Shown one piece after another: positions 52,413 through 64,000 of a stretch of 64,000 nt of DNA. The notes beneath the pieces are model-generated. The model was given only the letters and a program-made list of their open reading frames with translations. It was not told where the DNA came from and searched no databases. Position numbers and translations under genes: made by a program. Source of the stretch: Lama guanicoe (lineage: Eukaryota); assembly GCA_013239625.1 (NCBI GenBank), contig MU053493.1, positions 2,055,793 to 2,119,792 of the forward strand. The letters are read 5' to 3'. Every line of letters starts with the position of its first letter. Position 1 is the stretch's first letter.

Positions 52413-53399
52413 AAATTGGTATTGATGCAAACACAGACTAAATGACTAAGAGATCAAACAGAGAATCCGGGAAGTGTCCCCATGGATGCAAGGACATGTC
52501 CCTGTCACAAAGATGGCAGTGTACCACAGAGGCAGAAGGATGGTCTTTTGAATAAATGGCCCTGGGTCAACTGGATATTCATATGGAAAAAGAAAACTAC
52601 ACTTTTTGTTTATAAAAATAAATCAACTCTCAGTACATTATACTTAAAGATACGAAAAGGAAAGGATAACATAGGAGAAAATCTTTGTGACCTTGAGGTA
52701 GGAGAACTTTTTTGTAAATCAAGACACCAGAGACAATTATGAGACAAAAAGCCAAGCCCCTGAATGCAAGATGATGTATATGTGTTATATGTGTGTGTGT
52801 CTATATGTGTTACATGTGTTATACATGTTACATATATATATACACATATGTGTATATACCCATCTGACAAATCACAAATAACTTGACAAAGGGCTCATTT
52901 CTAGAATATATAAAGAACTCCTAAAACAAATAAAAAAAATACATACCTCACAATGGAAAATGGACAAGAGCTTTCATAGGAACTTCACAAACGAGGGTAT
53001 CCAAATGTCTGACAACCGTATGAAAAGGCACTCAGCCTCATCAATCATCACGGAGATGCAAAGTAAACCGTGATGAGAAACCATATGGCTGAAGTAAAGA
53101 TGGCTGGCAACACCATGTATCAGTGCCAATGGGGAAAGAGGGGGCAAGCACTGGGGAGAACTGTTTGCATTACTGACTTAAGTTGAACCCACATACCCCA
53201 AAACTTCACTCCCAGGTAATGCACAAAAAGATATCTAAGTCAGTGTTCAGAGCAGCAGTATTTGCAATGGTCACCAATTTGAAATAATCCAAATGTCCAT
53301 CGACGATAAATTAAGAATGTGGGGCCGTAAATACAAAGGATTACCATATGGCAACGAGAATGAAGGAACTACACCTAAATGCAGCAACACGGATGAATC

Positions 53400-53960
53400 T
53401 CATTCCTTCACTGCTTTTGTGGGTTCAGCCCTAGGACCCTCCTAAAAGCCCTTCCTCTGCTCACCAAGGTCGCTGCCTTTCTTAGGGTAAAAGCCAGTCA
53501 TTAAAATCATCCCCCATCTCATCTGAGGCAGCCCTGTCCCACCTCTGCCCCCATGCACTCCTCTTAGCCACCCATCTCCTCGCTGTCCCTGGAGGATGCT
53601 AGGAATGCCTCTGCCTCAGGGCTGTGACGGCTGCTCCCTCTACCTGGACTGTCCTTCTCCCAGGTAATCACGGCTCACCCTCACCTCCCCCAGGTCCCCA
53701 GCAACAAGAGAGCCCCCTCAACGCTCTGGTAATAGCGCCCCACCCCTCACGCTCCTTCTGTCCTTCCCAGTCTTCTCTGTTCACTGTACCACTCACCTGC
53801 ACAGAGGACACATGATGCATCTACCATTTCTTCTACCTCCTTGAACTGGAACAAAGCATCACGAGACTGGGAATTCTGTGTCTTTGCTCACAGTTATATT
53901 CCCCTGCATCCAGAACACTTCTGCGAACACAGAAGTCACTCAATAAAATCCTGTGAAAGA
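53400..53960 (+). mobile_element. L2 LINE remnant
   Basis: ctgcctcagggctgtgacggctgctccctctacctggactgtcctt and cactcaataaa are L2-type motifs. Confidence 0.65.
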
Positions 53961-56900
53961 GTGTCCACAGAAGGGGCCCTAAAGCACTGACTGGTGCTCC
54001 CTCTGCTCGGGGGGAGCCTGTCTACCAGCCGGCCTCCTGGGGGTTCTCCTCCTTCCCCAGACCCGTGATTTTTCCCCCCTCGGGCCGTGGATTGGGACCA
54101 GCAGGCAGCACTGTGAGTGCCGTGAGGAGGGAGGCTAAGCTGGCAGATGGAGGTATGGCCTCCTTCTCTCCCAGACCCTCCCCACCCTGAGGAGAGAACT
54201 GGTGCTCATGGAACCCACAGGCTGGTTCCTATGGCTCTGGCCTCCCTTGCAGGTGTGATGGGCCATATGACCGACTCTGGTAAATGGACCCACAGGGCTG
54301 GGTCACCTCTGCTCTGAGGCACTTAGCAGTCAAGGAGCCTCCTCCAGCTCTTTCTTCTCCCTAGACAGCTCTTCGGGGGCCATGGATAAGATGGCAGTGC
54401 CACAAAAAAGAAGGGGTCTCAGTATCTTGCCAACCATCCAGAAGAAAGCCACCCTGAAGAGTGGTCGGCCCATTTGAGGCATTCTGTGACCTTTGCTTTG
54501 TTGAGCCATTGAAGTTTCAAGTTTTTGTTTTTTTGTTTTGCTTTTTGTTACAGCAGCATAGTCCACCCCATCCTGACTCTTTCCCATGAGGCATCAAGTG
54601 CCTGCCTCATGTACTTCCCTCCAGATCCCTGTCTAGGTCACTCTCTGTCTACTCTTAGGGTTGGAGAGAGACAGTTTCACAGCCGCACAGTCTCAGCTTG
54701 GGACTCTAGGAGGTACTGCTGCTTATAAATACAGACTAAACCAGTCCTCTAGTTTTGACCTGACACATCCCTGCCTTAAGAGACATCCTGTGCCTATAAT
54801 TCCTGAGACCTTCCAGGGCCACAAGGTACAAGTCAACTTGTTTCTTCCTGGCTCCCCTCTGCACCCTGGGCACCCGGCAGAGCAGAGAAAGCGGGAGCCT
54901 AAGCCAGTCCCCACACAACAAATGACACACTTTCCGTCCTTCCAGAACCTGCCGGTATTTCCCATCTGCCCATTTTCTCTTTGTCAGTTTGAATCCTTAA
55001 AAAAAATTTTTTTAATTTTCATTTTACTGGTATTTTAGGAGGAACACTGATAGATGATAAATATTTATTGAATATTCATTTCAGTATTTATTGTAGTCAT
55101 TGCTAATAATAACAAAACATCTAGGTTTGGTTTTTTTCCAACAAAGAGTTCAAAGTACATTTAAAATGTCAGCTAAAAGAACAAAAGGAAAATACTGTTA
55201 GTACTATTTTAAAACTAGTTGGAGTGAACCCTTGTGAGATCTTAGAAACTGTCCATCATCTAAACACTGGGACACAATCGAAGGCTCCCATCGCAGGATC
55301 TTCTCATTTTCTACTAGCGGACACTACCTCGAGTGCTATAATTTATATCCCATTTTCCCACCTTCAATCAAAAGCCCACCTGTGTAACTCAACGAATATC
55401 TAGCAGAGACTTGGCACGTACAGTAATTCGGCCAGTACATTCAGGATCTTGATCAATCATTTCACCAATTATGAATTCCAACCATCACAGGCTTTGGTTC
55501 GTAATTTCACGTATGACTTCTAATATATGATTTCACAAAACACAAAAAATGTATGGTAACATAAGGGAGAGAGAGATTTGGGGATGGGACATGGCAGAGG
55601 TTCACCATCTTGCATCTGGACATCCTGGTTTGAAGAGGAACAGGGCCGGGGGACAGATGATTCATTCTCACTTCTTTTCCACTTCCTGTCTCCAGAAAAC
55701 ACAGGCATAAAGAATGCCAGATGCAGGTCAAAGATATTCGCCATGGAAAGCAAGATAAAAAGCCAAGGCTCCTGCTTCTCAACACTTGGTTTTAGGACAG
55801 AGTGACGACGCGCTCTCCCCTGTGTGGTGCACACAGACAGAACCCACCCGCCTGGCCGTGTGGCAGCAGTGCCATCACACAAGGATACCAGCAGGCTGGG
55901 TCCAGAGGGTTCCCAGCACAACAGCCATTGCTTTTCATGATGCTTCTTCTGGATTAAGATTCTCATGGTGGGTACCAGGGGTACTGACTGAGGAGACAGA
56001 AAATAGCAGTGAACATGTGCGTTCGGTAGGTCGGCCTCTGGGTGGAAGCGATGCGGACTATCCCTCGGTCCTCGGCTTCACTCTCTCCCCGCAGCAGAGC
56101 AGTCCTCGCAAGCCCGGCAGTGGGAGAGCGGGCAGCGCTGAGCTTTGTATTTCCAGCTGTGCCCGTGGAGGGGGGCTGACTGCGGGACCCCCCCAAGCCC
56201 AGATGCTCCGGGGAGAGGACCTCTTCGGTCCTATTTCCCAGTCTGTGCACTTGCGCTGACTTCCCAGGGGCTCCTGCAGGAACTGCAGGGACGTTGGGGG
56301 CGGGGATGGGGGAGGTTCTCAGGAAAGGGTGCTGGGCCACAATCCCAATGTTCTTGACAGACTGACCCGTGGGCCCCTCGTTGTGGATAGGGAGTCCTAT
56401 AGCCTGGGGCAGACAGCAAAAGCCTCTGACTGCTCTGATGGTGCCCAGAATCTAAGGATGTGCGGATCACATCAGAATGCGAGCCATCTGGTGGGAGAGT
56501 CAATGCAAGTATACCAGAGCTCAGAGCCTAGGGAGCCAGGGTTAGGGACCAGGGATGAAGAAACAGATGGACACAGGATGGCAAAGCCTGGAAGTAGGTT
56601 ATCGCCAGGGTTCTGGAATCTCAAAGAGGCATGAGGAGGGGTGAGCAGGATCCATTTAGGGGCCAGGGCCCAGGATGAAGCCACTCTGCCTTCAGCCACA
56701 GCCTAGTCATAGTGAGGTGGTGACGACTGTAGCCAGCGATGGGGCATGAGGGAAGAAGCCGAGGCATGTAACCACCCCACTCCTGACGAGGCTGCAAGTC
56801 AACGGTGGGGAAGGAAAGTCAACGGTGGGGAAGGAGCCTGCCCAGGGCGCCCACGGTGGGGATGGGGGAGGGGATGGGAAGTGAGTCTCTTCTGATGTGG

Positions 56901-57220
56901 GGAACAAGTTCTCTGTGCTTGAAAGATCTGGTTGACAGATACACAGACGTTCACATGAGGCTTCCTAGAGGCAGATCACTGATACGCGTTACCTGGGAAA
57001 CCGAATAGCCACATCTAAACAATAAGGGCTTACAAAGTTCCATCCATACAGAATTAGATTAAATGCTGTGACTTTCTGAAAAGGGTCCCAGCAACGTGGC
57101 TGATGGAAGGCACCATGCTTTCTTCCAAGGAGACTGAATGTGTCCTCAGACACTCAGAAAGCAACAGAGGTGGCAGGGCCTGCAGGTCTTTGAGGCCCAG
57201 GTTAGGGCTGGCTGACAGAC

Positions 57221-58978
57221 TGAGACAGGCAGGGCACAGCCATTCAAGGAATGACACGCAATTAACAGCAAAGTGGCAGAAAATTCAACTCCCAACAGAC
57301 CTTGAGGCCCAAGATGGCAGGAGATTTGACTTCCAGAGGACCTGAGCTTCATTATAAGCTCACTGTAGTTTTGATTTGCATTTCTCTGATAATTAGTGAT
57401 TATTGAGCATTTTTTCATGTGCCTATTGATCATTTGTATGTCTTCCTTGGAGAATTGCTTGTTTAGGTCTTTGGCCCATTTTTGGACTGGGTTGGGTTGT
57501 TTGTTTTTTTTGTTGTTGTTGTTGTTGAGTTGCATGAGCTGTTTGTATATTCTGGAGACTAAACCTTGTTAAGTTGCATCATTTGCAAATATTTTCTCCC
57601 TGTCCAACTTACAGTTTCCTTTGCTGTGCAGAAGCTTGTAAGTTTAATTAGGCCCCATTTGTTTCTTCACATCAGTCAGAATGGGCATCATTCAAAAAGT
57701 CCACAAATGACAAATGCTGGAGAGGCTGTGGAGAAAGGGGAACCCTCCTACACTGCTGGTGGGAATGCAGTTTGGTGCAGCCACTGTGGAAAACAGTATG
57801 GAGATTCTTCAAAAGACTAGGAATCCTGCTCCAGGGCATATATCCAGAAGGAGCTCTACTTCAAAATGACACCTGCACCCCAATGTTCATAGCAGCACTA
57901 TTTACAATAGCCGAGACATGGAATCAGCCTAAATGTCCATCAACAGATGACTGGATAAAGAAGAGGTGGTACATTTATACAATGGAATACTTCAGCCATA
58001 AAAACTGACAACATAACGCCATTTGCAGCAACATGGATGCTCCTGCAAAATGTCATTCTAAGTGAAGTAAGCCAGAAAGAGAAAGAAAAATACCATATGA
58101 GATCGCTCATATGTGGAATCTGAAAAAAACCAAAAACAAAAACAAAACAAAAACACAAAACAGAAACAGACTCATAGACATAGAATACAAACTTGTGGTT
58201 GCCAAGGGGGTGGGGGGTGGGAAGGGACAGACTGGGATTTCAAAATGCAGAATAGATAAACAAGATTATACTGTATAGCACAGGGAAATACATATAAGAT
58301 CTTGTGGTAGCTCACATCGAAAAAAATGTGACAATGAATATATATATACATTCATCTATAACTGAAAAATTGTGCTCTACACTGGAATTTGACACAACAT
58401 TGTAAAATGACTATAACTCAATAAAAAATGTTAAAACAAAAACAAAAACAAAATATTAGAGGACACACACACACAAACACAAAAGCTCACTGTAATATTT
58501 TAACACAGTAAATGACACTCCCACGGGCACCATGACAGTTCCAAGGCTGACCATAAAAGATCAAAAAGTGGGCAGTGGCCCAATTCCTAGGAATCTCGGC
58601 CCTTCCCCAAAAGTAGTTAAAATAATCCTCCCACTCGTTAGCACATGAAGTTACCGAGCCATAAAAACTAGCAATCCCCACATCTCGTGGCCGCTGTCCC
58701 CTCTGAGTGAGATGGCCTGCACTCTGTCTATGGAGTGTACATCTACTGAACACAACCCCCGCACCTCATGGCCTTTCTCTTGCCCTTTGAAACAGCTTGA
58801 ATTCTGTCTATGGAGTGTGCATCTCTCTGATTAAATTATCTTTACTCAACTGTGGCTCGCTCTTGAATCCTTTCCTGCTCGGGGCCAAGGACTCTCACTT
58901 GGCGGGGCACATCCCAGGGACTCAACTGAGGCCTAGGACACGGCCATCCCCTCGCCCCACATTCATTTTCCTGTATCA
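57221..58978 (+). mobile_element. ERV1 MER41-like solo LTR split by an L1 insertion (LTR parts 57221-57367 and 58483-58978)
   Basis: TGAGACAGG...GTATCA ends, imperfect TSD agac / ggac, homologous to the LTR at 11469-11893. Confidence 0.78.
57368..58482 (+). mobile_element. Young L1 with 5' inversion, 12-bp TSD aagctcactgta
   Basis: Antisense ORF2 segment 57368-~57664, then sense ORF2 end and 3'UTR; direct repeats at 57356-57367 and 58483-58494. Confidence 0.92.
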
Positions 58979-59444
58979 GGACAACTGCTGACCCAGGGGA
59001 GAGGAGTTCTAGTGACTGCAGCCCGGAACCTGGGAGGGGAGTGGGGAGCTTCTCGGCTACAGGCTCCACGCCCTCCACTCTCCCTCCACTGAAAGGGGAG
59101 GAACGCGGGGTTCTTGCCAGGGTTGGGGGCAGTGCGTCAGCCTCCAGCACTGAGAGAAGGTTGCTGGAGCCAGCCCAGGAGGGAGGAGACAGAGAAGTGA
59201 TGATGAGGCCAGTACCTGAAGATTCATAGATAGTATTCCATTCCAAAAGCAATGAAAGAGCAAGAAAAGCAGGACAAATGCACTTATTCCAGGGGTCTGC
59301 ATCCCTCTCCTACCTGGTGTCCTCAGGTGCTGAGTAGAGAGTCAAAACTGGGCTCCCTGGGCTACCCCCTTAAAAGAGGGCCTTAGGGGGCTCCCTGCAG
59401 CTCACCAAGGGCCCCATAGCCTGCAGGGGACCAGCTCCCAGCCA

Positions 59445-59460
59445 CAGCGCCTCCTAGTGG
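59445..59460 (-). promoter_or_regulatory. Candidate CTCF site
   Basis: The minus strand reads CCACTAGGAGGCGCTG, close to the CTCF core CCASYAGRKGGCRS (one mismatch). Confidence 0.5.
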
Positions 59461-59544
59461 AAGAAGCAAAGGCAAAGGCTGCTGGGAAGGTCCCCTTCCT
59501 TGAGCAGGAGGTGTCAGAGCCAGAAGGAATCAGAGTTAAAAAAA

Positions 59545-60540
59545 ATTACAGGTATACATCTGAAGGAAATGAAATCACTATCCCAAAGAGTCATCTGCAG
59601 CTGAGAGGGATAAATTAGGGGTTGGGGATTAAAAGGCACACATTACTATATATAAAACAGATAAACAACAGGACCTATTACTTAGCATGGGGAACTGTAT
59701 TTAATTCCTTGTAATAACACACAATGGAAAAGAATCTAAAAGAAAATACATGTATGTATGTATGTATATGTGTAACTGAATCACTTTGCTGTACACCTGA
59801 AACTAACATTGTAAATCAACTACACTTCAATAAAAATTGTAAAAAAAAAAAAAAGGAAAGAAAAAAGTATTTTAGGAATGAGGTTAAAAGAAATATATAA
59901 TAACTAAGTAAGTGGTGTTATTACAACATCACTTATTTGCACCCCCATGTTCACTGCAGCATTATTTACAAGATATAAAAATGACCTAAGTGTCCTTCTA
60001 TGGATTAATGGATAAAGAAAATGTTATATATAGACAATGGAATATTATCCAGGCATAAAAAAGAAGGAAATCCTGCCATTTCTGACGACATGGCTGGACT
60101 TGAGAGTATTATGCTAAGTGAAATAAGCCAGACAGAGAAAGGTGAATACCACATGATCTCACTGACATGTGGACTCTAGAAAACCGAACTTGTAGGTGCA
60201 GAGAACAGACTGGTGGTTATCAGAGGTGGGGTGGGGGTGGGCAAAGTGGGTGAAGGTGGTGAAAAGGAACAAACATCCAATTAAAAGATGAAGACTGAGT
60301 CCTGGGGATATAATGTACAGCCTGTGACTATAGTTAATGTTACCATATTTATGGTATATTTGAAAGTTGCTAAGAGAGAAAATCTTAAAAATTCTCATCA
60401 CACACACAAAACTTTGAAGAGACGGATGCTGACTCAAAAGATTGTGGTAATCATTTTGCAATACATGTATATCAAATCACTGTGTTATATACCTAAGATT
60501 AATACAATGTTGTATGTCAATTACATCTCAAAAAATAGGG
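59545..60540 (+). mobile_element. L1MA-like 3' end with a younger L1 3' end nested at ~59600-59866
   Basis: The host sequence gaaatcactatc...atctgca|...|cccccatgttcactgcagcattattt resumes after the insert. Confidence 0.85.
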
Positions 60541-63488
60541 GGACTTTTTTTTTAAATTAAGAACTGCATTGTTTGTTTTAGATGACTGTCATGGTGAAAA
60601 TCTGTACTCAAAGCAGGAAGTTTTCAATAAGGAAACAGTCTGAGAAGTAGCTATGTATATCTCATATGTAAAGGATACACTATTATATACACACACAGAA
60701 GCCAATGAATGAGTCTAAATCTGGAGCTCATTCTGGTGTTTTTTGTAACAGAAATCTGGTTTTATAGAAATTTAATCCAAATTTGTGTCCATAATGTATG
60801 TAATTATACTCAGCCACAAAACAAAAGACAAATTCATATTAAATTTGATCCAAGTTGACATAACCCTTTTTCTGTATAATATCCTGGTTCACATTCTCCA
60901 ACTTCTTTGACTTGTTTACCATGCGAAAAAAGTGATATTTTCTTAAAAGTAATCTACATGCAAAACAAATTTACCTCCTCTCTGTCCTCTGTGCAGTGAT
61001 CCCTGCCTCCACTCCCCCATCCTCACTTCGTACTTTGTTTATGGCAATTCACAATTTCTTCTAAAATGAGTAGTTTAGTTTCCTTTTTTATTAATTCTAA
61101 TTTTATCAATTTTAATTTCCTTTTAAACCGATGTTCGTTTAGACATGTTTTCTTAAGAATGCCCAGAATTGATCTGAAAAAACTCTCTGAGACTCCAGAG
61201 TCTAAAGGCAAAACCAGTGTTAGTTGGAACCATCCCCCAAAACATTAAACCTGTCCATGCATCAACCAAGAAAACAAACCGTAACTTGCTCAGAACACAT
61301 AATATGATTCTAAAAAAAGTGAAATAAATGAGGGGCAATAATAATGTTAAAAATGGACTCCTTCTGACTCCTTTTTAGCAGTGATCCGAGGGGCTGAGAA
61401 GGAACAGCGGGTGCCAAGGGTCCACATCCCAAGGGGTGGACAACACGACATGGCCCCGGGGAAGGAGGGATGGGGAGTTTGGGAGTGTCTCGGAGGTTTA
61501 GGGTGAAGTGGAGCCAAGATGGCTCCAACTAGAAGCCAGAAAAACTTGTACTCGTGTCCTCGAGGTTTTCAGCAACAAGCCTCAGCCCCAGCTCTGAGTC
61601 TGCACAGACTGGTCCGCTCCTTCCCAGGATAATCTGGAATCAGGTCCGCAGGGGCCATGAGCTCAGCTCACAAACCACATTTGCCATCCTCGCAGGCAAC
61701 TGTACATCATCAGGAGCAATTCTTAATGTGATGCCAGTCTTTTTATCATTGTGGCACTGAGAAATCAATGTTGTACGACTGTCTTGGAGAATAAATGATA
61801 CATAAAGTAAACAGATAAAACAGAAAAATAGGGAACATTCTAAGGCAGCAAGTTCCAGAACTGACACGGCTTACAAATTGCTCAGAGATTTCCAAACCTT
61901 TCTTCTTTCTTGTGGGAAACACCCCTACATGCACCAACTCCCTTTTTCCATTTTCTGTGAAAGGTGTTCAAATGGGGTGGCAGGAAAAAAAAATTGGGAT
62001 GGAACAATGTTGGGCAGGATAGGGTTATAAAAATGCCCATTCTGAAGCTCTTGTGAGAGCTCCTCATTCATGTGAAAATGTAATATAAAGTTGTCTGGCT
62101 GTTTATGGACTTAAACGTTATCAACTTCCCGTGGAATATCATCTTCCTCACCTTCAGTGCAAGTGAACTGGGTATGTCTATCAAAACACTAGAATTGGCA
62201 GTTCCCTGAGCTAGCTAACATCACCCTACTTTAAAAGAGTCTTTGAATAGGGACTTTATCTCTCAAATTCTAAGATGAAAAGACATGAAAAGCTCACTGT
62301 GAAAAATTTAACAGTTTTTTTTTTTTGGTCTTGGTAATCAAATGCATTTCTTGGTAATAAAATCGCTTTTCTCAATTTTCAAAAAAAAATTGTTTTTGTC
62401 TTTTCACTCTTCTTATTGGAAGAGAAGCCTCCAGCAAACTCTGAATTATATCAGATATTTTCAGTGTGAAGATGACAAGAGGAAAAAAGGCCACAAACTG
62501 AGCAAATATCAAAAATGAAAAAGCACAGGGATGATGGACAGAGGTGGACAGCTTAAATGCATGAAGTTAAACAAAGATCCCAGGCTTCAAAGCTCCTGCT
62601 TCCACAGAGGGAGCAGAGCACTGGGGTTCAACTGACAACCACGGCATCACTGAGTCACAGGCACCAGCTGGAGCCACGGACTCGGACACAAAACTCAGTA
62701 TAAATTTGCAAAACCCATTCGCGAATGAGAATTCTCCTGTCAATTTCTCATACTGTAAATAGTAGTAAAATTACAGGAAAGCAGACAGAGGAGGAAACAA
62801 GTGTTCTGATTATCTGAAATTTCTGTTGCTGAAAACCTTAAGGACATAAATCTAAGGTTCTCTGGCTTAGCAAACAGAAAATGCTGAACACTGCCTAATC
62901 TTTATTCGTTGTATCAAGACCTTTCGGTGCTTCAGGGATGTCCCTAAAGATTAGCAATGCTTTTCTTGAATTTTGCTAAATACAATTGAAGTTTTAATTT
63001 TACAGCAATTGTTCATTATTTTAGAGGCAAGTACTGCAAAGAAAAAAATCCTTTCAGTAGCCCATAATCTTACCATGGAGGGAAAAAAACCCTTCTGAGG
63101 TTTTAAAAGAAAAATAGGAGTAGCATGGTCAGAAAATTCCAACTATGCAGAAAAATACTTAATGAAAAGGGAGGTCTCCCATATTTCCTGTATTCTAATC
63201 CCTCTCCCTAAAACTTCCATTATGAACAGTATCTTATGATGCCTTCCAAACACTGATGATTGTGTGTCTACATATATTCTTCTATACAGGAGTTACTTTT
63301 CAAAAAATGGATGGAAAGGGGGCATACTGGATTCGGTCCAGTGCATCTCATTTCTTTCTTATAACAAATCTTGGTAATTGTTCCCACCAATAGAGTTTTA
63401 ACTCATTCTTCCTAAAAGAAGCAGCATAATATTCCATCTGCGCTTTTTTACCTGGTGATTCCCCACTTTTGTGATGCCACACATCACG

Positions 63489-63583
63489 TTCATCCATCCA
63501 CCCACTGATCCATCCATCCATCCACCCATCCATCCATCCACCCACTCATCCATCCATCCATCCACCCACCCATCCATCCATCC
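63489..63583. repeat. (CCAT/CCAC)n tetranucleotide repeat
   Basis: Directly visible; source of the WMDG-repeat ORFs. Confidence 0.9.
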
Positions 63584-64000
63584 GCTGCCCTCCAAACTCC
63601 TTTCACACTAGCAGCCCTACACCCCGGTTTCAGTCCCCCAAGCTCCATGAGATGACTGTGTCCTCCTGACACTATAAAGTGGAAAGTGCCCCAAGGCAGA
63701 GAACTAGGGTGACCTCAGAACTCATGCCTGGACTTCTCTCTGAGGGACTGCAGTCCTGCCCTACCTACAGGCAACAGGTTGAAAATGGTTCCTCTTTTAC
63801 TTTGTCCAGTGTTGTAACTATTTGCAGTGAGAGGGTTAATTTATGACCAGTTCCTCCATCATGGCAGGAAGCGGAAGCCTGGAGAAGAGGCTTTTAAAAT
63901 AATGAGTTCTTTAAATGTTTGATAGTCTTATTTGTGAGAGGTATACAGGAAGATGATAAAAAATTTAAAACCCATGTTTTCAGCTATCAGCTTTACAACG

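Larger units (their letters stand above)
49740..53400 (+). mobile_element. Old L1 ORF2 hosting nested MaLR and younger L1 insertions
   Basis: ORF2 motifs gtgaattctactgaacatttaaagaagaaataacacc, gagagaaattaaagacgacctaaataaat and ctagaatatataaagaactcct. Confidence 0.75.

Noticed and set aside
63348..63672. WMDG-repeat protein
   Set aside because: Translation of a (GGAT)n microsatellite.

Overview
Mammalian genomic DNA, most likely a camelid: eight tRNA-Ala(AGC)-derived SINEs resembling the camelid vic-1 family and young artiodactyl-type L1 3' ends are present, and no Alu, B1, Bov-A/B or PRE1 elements were recognised. The window lies inside the large minus-strand gene ENTREP2 (FAM189A1). One 111-bp coding exon (25701-25811), missed by the ORF track, is visible. 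The intronless gene NSMCE3 (NDNL2/MAGEG1, an SMC5/6 subunit; CDS 37584-38432, minus strand) with its CpG-island promoter is nested in the intron upstream of that exon, as at the orthologous human 15q13 locus. The rest is transposon-rich intron (L1, SINE, ERV1-type solo LTRs, MaLR, MIR, L2, Tigger). The most notable structures are a near-identical ~2.17-kb tandem duplication (461-4803), two 5'-inverted (twin-primed) L1 insertions, a triplicated TGACGCAA element in the NSMCE3 promoter and a CCAAT/octamer/TATA-bearing solo LTR pointing at the NSMCE3 3' end. I found no evidence of a wholly new biological system. Repeat family names were assigned by eye from remembered consensus sequences and repeat boundaries are approximate unless a target-site duplication (TSD) is given.
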